Shown piece by piece: positions 1 to 10,179 of a stretch of DNA of 28,722 nt. The translations under genes and the position numbers were made by a program. The stretch's first letter is position 1; every line of letters begins with the position of its first letter. Source of the stretch: Geosiphon pyriformis uo1 (taxonomy: Eukaryota; Fungi; Glomeromycota); NCBI GenBank assembly GCA_016748015.1, contig JAAOMT010000672.1, forward strand, positions 549,816-578,537. Direction: 5' to 3'. The notes beneath the pieces were generated by a model. The model saw only the letters and a list, made by a program, of their open reading frames with translations. It searched no databases and had not been told where the DNA came from.

Positions 1-299
1 TTGTGTATGAAAAATAAAAATGACATGATTTTTTATTAGATTAACAATTCAATATTTTAGATTAATTAATTGAACAATATATTGTTACGGGTTTGAGTAA
101 TGGAAATAATAAAAAAGGAAATTCAATCAAAGAAACGAATTGAATTTGTAAAGATTCAATGTGTGTAATCAATTTTAGAATCACTTAATTTTTTTTGGAA
201 AATTTGAAAATAGAAAAATAGTTCATGATTGTTAATAAAATAACACTATTGCAATTATTTTATGTTTTACTTAAAAATCAATAACAGGTATTGTGCTTT

Positions 300-1194
300 T
301 TAATTGTTTTTTTATTTAAGAAATTATAAAAGCAAACAAATATTTTTTAAATTAATTTTAACAATACAAATTAAGAAATACCAATAAGTAGTTTTTTATT
401 TAATACTTAAAGATAAAAAATTAAAAAAAAGAAATAAATAAAATAAGAAAGAATAATAGATATATTTTTATTGTATTTAATTTTTAAAATTTATGTTTTT
501 TTATATATAACTATTAAAAAAATTTAAATAATTAGATTAATAATTAAATTATTAATTAAGTTAATGATTAGATTAATAATCAAATTATTAATCAAATTAA
601 AAATTATTATCTGAAAATAAAATGGTTAATTATATAATAATAAATAATTAATACATAAAATATTAATAAAACTATAATATTTAATTATAATAATATTTTT
701 TAAATAAAATTAAACTATTTATATTTAATTTAAAAAATGTTGTTTAAATTAAAACCAATTAATTTGGCAAAGTTTTTTATTAATAAAATATATAAAATTT
801 AAGATAAAATAAGTTTTGTATTCTAAAAACCAAATTTTTATATAAAAATTTTAGTTTTTTTAATAATAGTTAAAACTTTAAAAATATTTAATTATATAAT
901 ATTCAAAATTAATATTTGTATCTTTATAGTTGTTTTTTTTAAGAGTTTTATGTTTTTTATAATTATTTTTTTAATTATATTAAAAAATAATAGTATAATT
1001 GTTTTATGTATTAAGTATATATTTATTTATTTTATTATTAGTTTTTTTAATTTAATAATAATATGTATTTTATTATTAATTATAGTAATTTGTTTTTTAA
1101 TAATCAAAATAGTATTTAAATAATTTTTGTAATATTTATAAAAAATAAAAAAAATAATTATTTATAATTAATTTTATAATATTATTATTATAAC
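300..1194. other. Extremely AT-rich, probably hypermutated repeat relic
   Basis: Almost devoid of C/G, with the same texture as 7975-8700, to which it joins once the LINE is removed. No motif is securely recognisable. Confidence 0.4.
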
Positions 1195-1208
1195 TAATTA
1201 AATTATTT
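1195..1208. repeat. Target-site duplication of the LINE (left copy, TAATTAAATTATTT)
   Basis: An identical 14-mer sits at 7961-7974. This copy directly abuts the (TAA)n tail. The AT-rich background lowers certainty. Confidence 0.72.
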
Positions 1209-1222
1209 TTATTATTATTATT
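1209..1222 (-). repeat. (TAA)n 3' tail of the LINE
   Basis: The minus strand reads ...GTTAAGC-AATAATAATAATAA, about 120 nt after the ORF2 stop. Confidence 0.7.
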
Positions 1223-1340
1223 GCTTAACGAATGAGGCCCAAACACTACCTAGTGCTATACATCAAAGAATTGATCTAAACTAGGCATGAATTATGCATT
1301 TTCTACATATGACCAGTCATTGGGGCCAATCAGAACAACA

Positions 1341-4300
1341 CTACGCATCTATATGAACTGATATCAAATCACCTATATCTGAAAAGAACAAACAGAACTT
1401 GCGAAAACCAAAATAAACACCCAAAGCATTAGTAATAGCAAGTAATTTAACCACTTCTGCAGAAAACCTTGAAGCCAAATCATAAACTGAGATAACAGCT
1501 GAACCATCCGGTGGGATCAATCCATTCTTTTCTATATAAGCATGATGCTTAGCATGAACTGACTAGACATCCTCCCTGAAAGCAAGACCAAGAGAATGCA
1601 CAAACTTGACAATCTCTAAAACTGCAATTTTGGGATCACAAAAGATGCAAACAGTCTCACGAAACCAACCATTGAAAACAAAGCCCTTAAAAAGAGTCAT
1701 GAACACAGAGGAATCAGAAACACAGGATGACAACAAATGTAAAATACCCGAGGAAAAAAGAGAGGAACCAGAAAGTGCCTTCCAGATTCCTACATGAGAA
1801 TTCAGCAATTGACGTCGAGTGGATTTATCAATTTTGCAGAAGAACACATGATCTGACATCTCTATCTCACCACAATATAAGCATAATACACTAGAATAAT
1901 GTCTATTATAAAGGCGTTTTCATATAGCAACTGGCAGCCAATAGTGCAGAGCCTTTATAAAATAAGTACGCACATTGGCCGAAGACTTGCTGGTGAAACC
2001 CGTAGCCATGTGCAAGTCAGGATGCCATACCAATGATGAGTGGAGCCAATCAACCTCGGAAAACAGACATCCCACCAAAATCTCAAAACCAGAACCAACC
2101 TCCCAGTGTGTACGACAAATAGAACGATAAATATCACAGATAAAATGTCTTGCATTCCCAGAAACAACACCACCATCAGCCATCAAGAAATGTTCACTCA
2201 AGCAGGAAGGAAGATACCACTTGGAGAAAGAAGCAGTACCAGCGATCTCATTAGCATGCTCATTCCTTGGAATGCCAGAATGACCTTTTATCTTGTGAAA
2301 ACTGACCTCCAACTCCTTACTGTGAATCAAGTTGACAATATGATGACGTTCGACCCAACACTGATTACAAAAATTGGGACACACTAGACACAACTCCGAT
2401 CTGCAAGCATACAAAGCTGATTGACTATCTGAAAACAAATGAACAGAGCTTAACAAGGAGACACACTCCAGAGCCAAGGCAATAGCCTGCAACTCTGCCA
2501 AAGTAGACAACATCAAACCCGACACATTAATGTCCAAACTCATGCTAATGTCCTCAAAAAAAACAGCAGTGCCAGCTTTACAGCCAACTGTGCCAAGATT
2601 ACTAAGGGACCCATCCGTATAAACTGACAAACTGTTAGCACCAGTCACCAGAAGACGATCATGAACAAGCACATATTCACTAGATTCAAGAATGTTCAAA
2701 GGGCCACCATTACCCAAAACCAAAGGCTGAGTGTGAAAAGATCTTACACCATCGAGAAACAAAACAGAATACTTGAACCACTCAGGAACAGGGCCACAGG
2801 GGTCCAATCTCTTCCACCACTTGAAGGTATACCAATCATAAATAGCATCATGACAGTCATGAAGTTGATTCACAAAAGCAATACCATACCACCAAAGGGA
2901 TGGGAGAAACCTGAAAAACCTTGACTTACTCAGAACCGTAGACATTGGTACCCTACCATAAAACTGAAAAGAATTGACCAAAGAGCCACCCAAAGACATA
3001 TTGCAATCAAGAAGAACATGAACCATGCCTGCCAGAAAGTTATTAGATGCACTAACCCGAATATGGACAGGAGAACTCAACAGATGAATAGGACACCAAC
3101 ACAGAACTTGCAAGTCATGAAATCTGTGGGAAAACAAATGACTCAAGATACTACTAAAGTTCACAAAACTGACAAGAGAAGCAATCTTGCTCTCAGACTG
3201 AATTTGAAAAAATGACTTTAAATCATAAAATAAAGGGTGATAAATCACATCATTAGGGAAATTGAGTGGCAGACCAGATTTGAGCTTTAAACCTTTACGA
3301 ATCAGAGCATCTTACTTGTTGCACACATCAACAAAAACAAAACTGAACTGAGTTCTATAGCTGACTATTGGATGTAGAACTGCTGACACCAAATATAAGA
3401 ACTGCTTATGTGAGACCGCTTTTTTCATCACCAGATTGGTAAAAAAGCAAACGTCCGAATGCGCCTTAACCAAGCTAGGCTTTGAAAGACCCTCAGTTGA
3501 AAGAAAAATGCCCAGATATCAGTGTGATTCCCTCTTTTTGACAATGGAAATAGGTGGACTGCTGATAGAAAGAGAGGAATTGCTAACTCTGCTATTGAAA
3601 AAAATGGCTACCGTTTTGTCATTGTTAATAGAGATGTCATTGACACAAAAAAATTCACTAGTGACATTGAGAATATGTTGAGTAGCCATCTGACTGCTGC
3701 CAACCCAAATTGTATTATCAACAAAAGCACCAGTGGTGAAAAAAGAAAAAAACCCAGCCTGGAATTTGGAACGACCATTCTTGGAAACAAAGTGAGAATT
3801 CAACCTATACCCATATACACTTTCCTGTCTTTTGACTTCACACAAAAGGGGATCATAAAATATGTGCCAGAGAAGAGGGGAGAAGATTTCTCTCTGGTCC
3901 AAACCATCATGCACATAATAACCACTTGTTAACCCAAAATCTGTCATAACTTGATTGGTATGATCCCTATGAATTCCGCCAAAAAACTGAATAAATTTGC
4001 TACACATCTTAATCCTGACCAAACTTTTCTCGAGATGCTCCCAGCCAACCGAGTTATATGCTTTTTGCATGTCTTAAAGAACCAGCCAAAGCTCCCTGTT
4101 TTTCTCCAAAGCATCTTCGACCACTGATCCAATTGCAAAAATAGGAGACTGGATTGTTGTACCCTTCAGAACCGAAAAATTGTCCTCCTGAAGAACATCA
4201 AAAGTGCTACACGCCAAAGAAATCCTGTCAGAGAGAATCTTAGAAAGAATCTTGCAAGTTGTCTTGATCAAGGCAATAGGATGTGTATTCGTCAGAACAC

Positions 4301-6029
4301 CTTCCCATTCATAAGATTTGGGAATCATCAAGACCCATGCTTCCTTCCAAGGGCTAAGCACCAATTCTCCAGACAAACAAGAGTTCAAAAGCACTAGCAA
4401 CATATCCAGAACCGACTTATCACAGTGTTTTCAAAACTCATTTGAAATACCCAACAAACCAGCTGCTTTGCCATCTGGAAGATCAAAAACCACCCCAAAG
4501 AACTCATCATACCCAATTGAGCACATAACCCCAGAAAAAGCTTCATCAAAAACATATTCCAATGGTTGATATTGGTGACACCAATCAACCGAGATATCAC
4601 CAACCACCTGGCATTTCCTAGTCCAACTCTCCATGATTACATCCACCTTAGACTTAACCAGATCAGGTTCCAAAATCAATTCATCATCAACCACCAAATG
4701 ATCCAGCACAACCTTACAAAACAGGTGTTCCAATATACTTCTTATCATATGACCCTTATTTATTTCAAAGCTTTCATTCCTTCTGCTTATGACAAACCTG
4801 ATGTTTGTCTCTTTAGCGCTCTGAGACTCAACAAGCTTGGATGCCCGATAAGATTTCCTAACACCCAGAAGAGTAGAAAAAACATGACCAGATTCTACAC
4901 CAGAGTCCACCAGATCCTGAATGGTTGAAGCTTTAACACTGTCCAAAGAAGCCCAATGCTCCATGAGAGAAGCAAAATCTAAAGCACACCCTACATGAGA
5001 TGTCTTAATAATCTTCAAAACCAGAAGCTCCAATTTGTAAAACTTTAAAGAGTCTTTGGTAAAGACATCATTGAATTTCTTAAACCATTTTTTCTTGAAA
5101 ATCTCACCAGCTGAGAAAACCATTATCCTGCAAATAACGCTCCACATTGCATCCAAATCCAAAAGCCTCGCAACAGCATCAAACTCATCTGAGAACAAAG
5201 TAGCATTGGCTGATGTAGTACCTTTAAAACTGTTCCACTTAACCTCATTAGCACTCTTGAAATTGAATTTCCAATGGTTTCTATTTGCTTGCCTGTGAAG
5301 AGAATTTAACTGCATATCCAAAAGCCCACCCAAACCTACAGCCATTGAAACAGCTTAGTGATCCGTGTCAAAATGCTTACTGACATCCAAAACCTCACAA
5401 TTCACTATTACATCGATCAGATTTGGAGAAACAAACACATAGTCAATCGTCTTCATAACACCCCTAGAATTTGTCCAAGTGAGCAATTTTGAAGCTGGGC
5501 TTCCAGCCAAAGAATTCACCAGACCTAAATCTAGACACTTTTTAAAACTTACACATTTATGAGAACTGTCTTCATTGAAATCGCCACTGAGAACAATGAA
5601 GAAAGATTCATTAACAGCTTTTGCAATGAGAGAGTTGACTTTACCAGCCTGAGAGAACTGAACTGCTGAGAAAGCACCAGCATATAGTTCCAGGATAGAC
5701 ACCGAAAGTTTATTTTTGAAAAGTAATTTAATGGACAAGAGCCGACCAGGCACTTCTGAAACCTTGTACACATGTCTCGCCAAAGAAAAATTCATAACAA
5801 CCATGACACTAGCACCCAGATAGCCAGATTCCAAACCAGAGGTAAACACCTGTACACCATCAAATTTGTTGACAATCCAAGGGCGAATCTTTCCTTTTAA
5901 CTTTGATTCTATAAAAATAGAAACTAAATTGTTCTTTTCCCTATGCCAATGAATGACATTATTCTGTTTCGCAGAATTGTTCATTCTTCTGACGTTGCAA
6001 GTAGCAATATTCCAAATCAGATTGGTCAT
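1341..6029 (-). pseudogene. LINE ORF2 polyprotein (APE endonuclease - RT - RNase H - CCHC finger), about 1560 codons, one frame broken by 7 stops
   Basis: APE motifs: NIATCNVR, ESKL, GDFNE, TIDYVFVS, TDH. RT motifs: LIPK, PIAL, (Q)DMQKAYNSV, GLDQ..IFSPLLW, AFVD(N)TIW, YLGIFL. RNase H motifs: YTDGS, AELQAI, SDSQSA, KIKGHSG..RNEHAN. The C-terminus reads CLYCGEIEMSDHVFFC. Six ORF-track fragments (5' ends 6107, 5345, 4403, 4070, 3248, 1859) share one frame. Confidence 0.93.
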
Positions 6030-7816
6030 TGAGAAGAAGAAAAATTTAAGCCTGCACCAAAACTGTCCACTTTGGCCGAAAGGTCCAGAACTGTTTTCAT
6101 CAGACACTTAATGCTGTCTTCCAACTTGGACACTACAGATACATCAAAAAACATTGCTCCCGCAACAACCTCACCACTGGTGGCTGCACCCAAACTCTCA
6201 CTCATTACTATATCCACCTCTTAATTCTGTGATGAGGGGGTCACCAATGGCTGACATCTAGGGCTTGGCTGGGAAACCATTGACCCAAGTGCATCCAATT
6301 TTTTAGCCAGCTTACCCACCTGCTCTACGAGGCTGGCGAGACTGCGCTCAAAAGTGGCAAACCTATCATTGACTTCTATCGAAACCAGCAGAAATGACTT
6401 CATCTCCAAAGAGGAACCAGATTTCACAGAAACATTTCGTCCAGAGAGAGAGGGAAAAAAAGACCCACTAGCAACCTTTGCCCAAGAGAGACCACCAAAA
6501 GAGACTGGACAAGCAACTAGAGCTGATTGTTTGACATAGATGGCTGCCAATCTGCTTTTATCTGCATCTGACAGGACTTTATGCAAAGACAAACCTGAGA
6601 AATCTTTCCCACCAACCTCACAGCCCAATGATGTATGGCCTGATTTCCCACACTTGGCACACTTAGCTGAGACAAGACAAGACCAGCAGAGATTGATGCT
6701 CCTCAACACTGGTGTGGTTCTCATGATAACATCCAGTGATTCAGCAGAATCAAAACAGATGACAGCACACTTAGCTCTAGCATATGTAACCAGATAACAA
6801 TCGATGACACATGTCCTTCCACCTACTGAAACAATAAAATCCCAGATGTTATAAGCAGTTGTTCCTATTAGTAAAGTATAAAGCAGCACCTTATGCTGGT
6901 CCCTTGCATCCCATGATTCTTTGTCTAAATCCGATCTAGCTATCCACATAGCATCCTTCCCGATTAAGATTGACCATTTTGCCGTAACCAAATCGGCATG
7001 ATCTGATTGCTCAAACTCTACCACAACCTTCTGCCACAGCCCCACCAATTGCATCTTAATCAACTTAATTATCCCAAACTCGGAGAGCGCAATGTGCACA
7101 GCCTCAGCTGATGTTCTAACCAGAATTTTCTTCAACACCACAGCCCAATCTGAGTGACCAGCAGATTTTTTAAGATTGGTGTTTACCATAATTTTTGCAT
7201 CAGTAGCCATTTTGGTAGCTTTCACCAAACTTGATTCAGAAGTGAATGTTGCCCAGATGATCCCAGCAAATTTTGAGGGGGTAGAGACCCCCCCAAAACT
7301 ATTGATTCTTAAAAACAATTTTCTAACCACCACCAATTTCTTCTGAGATGATTTTCCAGTAATCTTGTCTAAGCCAATATCTAAAGCAAAAGATTTATGG
7401 ACAGAAATGGCAACCAACTTTTTGACAGGTGTGGGAAGTGCCAGCGGAGTATCAAGGAAAACATCATCATCATCATTGTTAAGCGAAAAATCAATCTTTC
7501 CCAATGGTTTGCCCAGTGCTTTTTTTGTTTTGACTTTTATACCCATAGGTGTCTGATCATGATCCCTTTCAGCAAGAGCACCACCTTTACTGTAGTCGAA
7601 ACTGGTTTCCTTTACAAGGCATTCCTCTTCTATGTTAACATTTTCAGACTCAGTGGTGTCACTAGCCTCAGAATGCCATGAGCTACTTTTCCGAACTTAA
7701 GGACTGATAACACTACCACCAGAACCACCTTCCAAAATCCCACCTTTTTTCTTTTTTCCTGAAAGAATAGATCTGAAGCTGCCACCAGAAACAAAAGCTT
7801 TAGCAGCTTTCTTCAT
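6026..7816 (-). pseudogene. LINE ORF1 (RRM-like nucleic-acid-binding protein with zinc knuckle and coiled-coil), 2 in-frame stops
   Basis: MKKAAKAFVSGG... from 7816 continues in frame into ORFs 6221-7546 and 6026-6217. An RRM-like segment reads AVVLKKILVRTSAEAVHIALSEFGIIK..WQKVVVEF. The knuckle CAKCGKSGHTSLGC is at 6620-6661, followed by a heptad-like FERSLASLVEQVGKLAKKL. Confidence 0.88.
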
Positions 7817-7960
7817 AACAGCAATACTACAGCCAATGGTAGCTTCATAGTCAAAAATAAAGGGTTTAAATTTATTGTACTGAATTGTAAAAAACTTTTT
7901 TCAAAAAACTTTATGACTTCTTTTTAGGAATTTGGAACAAAAAAAAGAAAGAAGTTTTAT

Positions 7961-7974
7961 TAATTAAATTATTT
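7961..7974. repeat. Target-site duplication of the LINE (right copy)
   Basis: Identical to 1195-1208 and about 145 nt upstream of the ORF1 ATG. Confidence 0.72.
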
Positions 7975-9226
7975 ATAATATTTTTTAAGTTGTATATAAT
8001 AAAAAAATTACTTATTAAAGATTATTTTATATTAATCTTATAAGATATAAAATTATTATTTAAAACTTTATTAATTATAAATAGTTGTTTATTAATTAAA
8101 ACACTTATTTTCATAAATATTATTTCTGTTTAAATAATATTTTAAAACTAAATTATATAAAAAATATATTTTAGCATTTTTATTTTTTTAAAAATAATTA
8201 TTTATGTTTTTATTGATAAGTTAAAAATAATATTAATTTTTTTGGTAATTTGTTTAAAAATACTGTTTAAATATTTATTTTTATAAAACAAATAGAAAAA
8301 CTTATAATTTTTTATATTATAATTTACAATTTTATAAACAAACAAAATTAAAAACAATATTTTATCTTATAAATTTGTTTTTATCTGGTTTTGGCTAAAA
8401 TTTTACATAATGTTTTATTAAAATTTTTTTTTATTAAATATTTAATAAATATGATCTAACTAATATTTAAAAGTTAAAAACAAACTAAATATTTTAGAGC
8501 AAAATAAGATTTATGTACTTTTTATATGTAATTAACTATTTAAACCAGTTTAGATTATATTATATTAATATAATTAAAAAATTTTATTTGATAAAGACAT
8601 TTTTTAAACTATTTTAAACAAGATAAAATTACCAAAAATTAATCTAACCAGCTATTTAATTGTTTTTAAATAGTTAGTTCTAATCTTAATAAATTTATAA
8701 ATTTAAAGTAAAATTAAATTAGAAAATGTCTTATTATTAATAACAACTTGATTCACAAAACTACTAAACATGTTAATATTATCTATACAATATTTTTTTT
8801 TCAATAATATCACTTTTTTTTCTAACTTACTAATAATTTTGTTAAAAACATACAGATATACTATAATTTTATTAACTCTAAAGCTAAAAATACTGTTAAA
8901 AACAAAATTATTCTTAAAAAATTGTTCAAATACAATTATCAAAAAACCAACAAGTATAACAATAGATCAAACTAAAATAATTAACTTGGTTAAATCAAAT
9001 TCCAAAAAAACCAACCAAAAGAAAACCAAAAAATTATCAACTACTACAAAAAAAAAATACTATTAAAAAAAAAATCAAAAATGTTTACAAAAACAGAAGT
9101 CTTAATATAAGACTTAATATTTATAAAATAAAATACAAATATCTTAAAAATCTTGAAAGAAAAAAACAAAAGCACTTTATAATTTACAATCAGATAGTCT
9201 ATTTTTTGATACCTAAAACAGTATTA
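7975..9226 (-). mobile_element. Relic of an older, extremely AT-eroded LINE (3' part of ORF1, probably into the start of ORF2)
   Basis: The minus-strand translation next to the LTR junction gives CFRYQKIDYLIVNYK, an eroded CxxCxxxGHxxxxC knuckle. A coiled-coil-like segment lies at 8703-8942. FVYKIVNYNIKN near 8310-8345 resembles an APE N-terminus (weak). Confidence 0.6.
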
Positions 9227-9230
9227 ACAA

Positions 9231-10097
9231 TGTTACGGTTTAAGAATTTAGCAAAAAGAATCATAAAAATAATACAAACTATTCAATCATAATATAGCAC
9301 AGTAATAATCTTAGAAAGATAATGATTAACATAGTAGCAAACACCATCTCGCGATAGTGGCAAGCACCAGTTCACAATAGCAGCCAACACCAACTGGTGA
9401 TAGCAGCAAACACCAGGTTGAAATATCAAAAAGAAAGTATTTTCTCATAGAACTACAAACATGTATATATACAGTAGTTTTAATATTGGGAAATAATCAA
9501 TCAAGTAATAAAAATCATAACTTATCAAGCAATAGATCCAATTTTATCCAACAAACTCCACTTTAAATTATACTTTCAAATTAAATATCCCAAGAAACCT
9601 TTAAAATCAAAAAGAAATGAAAAAGAATATTTAAAACTGAACTATCACAACCCAAAGTATTAAGAAACTTACTTTGTATTATTTATTGAATAAAACTATC
9701 ATTCATCAACTGAATCTCTTAAAAGAATAATCCTTGATCAAGATTATTCATGTTGTTACTAATTGATAAAAGCTTTATTGTGAGAATTAGAAAAGCGCTA
9801 AAGACCATTAACATTCTGTGTTTCTAGATTAGAGAAACACATCAGGCAATTGCAAGGATAGCCTCAAAGAAGACCCCAGACAGTGGGTAGATTTCAGTTC
9901 AGCCTTTGAGAAGGAGTACATAAACACACACAACAATCAAGAATTAAAGAATAACTTACATTACGACAGTAAAAAGAAAGCCTTCAGTGTAACAGTGACA
10001 TTATCACACAAATAGAATTGAGGAACTCACAAAAGACTGATTGCAATTAAAGCGGGATATCAGCAATTAAATATAACAAGAAAACCATCCCATAACA
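9231..10097 (+). repeat. 5' LTR of family A (867 bp)
   Basis: Reads TGTTACGG...CCATAACA and is near-identical to 18059-18687 plus 19030-19519. A TATA-like ATGTATATATAC lies near 9460. Confidence 0.96.
9331..9415 (+). repeat. Four 16-bp repeats (ATAGYRGCMARCACCA) with 7-bp variable spacers (23-bp period) in U3 of the LTR
   Basis: Units start at 9331, 9354, 9377 and 9400, upstream of the TATA-like box. The array recurs in the 3' LTR (about 18159-18243). Confidence 0.85.
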
Positions 10098-10099
10098 TT

Positions 10100-10117
10100 T
10101 GGTGAACCCTACAAGAA
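10100..10117 (+). promoter_or_regulatory. Primer-binding site TGGTGAACCC...
   Basis: TGG starts 2 nt after the LTR-terminal CA. It is complementary to a tRNA ending GGGUUCACCA (tRNA-Trp-like, tentative). Confidence 0.8.
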
Positions 10118-10179
10118 AAGAAAATCAAAAAAGAAATAATAATTAGCAATAATTCATTGCTAAAAAGGAAAAGACAAAA

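Larger units (their letters stand above)
1209..7960 (-). mobile_element. Full-length non-LTR retrotransposon (LINE) encoding RNase H, inactivated by nonsense mutations
   Basis: ORF1 (RRM-like + CX2CX4HX4C) and ORF2 (APE, RT, RNase H, C-terminal CCHC) lie on the minus strand. The element is flanked by the direct repeat TAATTAAATTATTT at 1195-1208 and 7961-7974, with a (TAA)n tail at about 1209-1222. Confidence 0.93.

Noticed and set aside
83-90. TGTTACGG identical to the family A LTR start
   Set aside because: No convincing LTR similarity continues downstream, so it is treated as chance.
528-600. About 35-bp tandem duplication in AT-rich DNA
   Set aside because: Only two low-complexity copies, with no evidence of function.
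1606-7681. Many plus-strand and alternate-frame ORFs of 60-120 aa over the LINE
   Set aside because: They are shadows of ORF1/ORF2 with no motifs of their own.
8770-9066. K/N/I-rich ORF (also 21615-21815, 23407-23598, 26380-27335 minus)
   Set aside because: These are compositional artefacts of AT-eroded repeats, not host genes.
9331-9415. CRISPR-like repeat-spacer pattern
   Set aside because: The 16-bp repeats and 7-bp spacers are far too short, lie inside a eukaryotic LTR, and have no cas genes.
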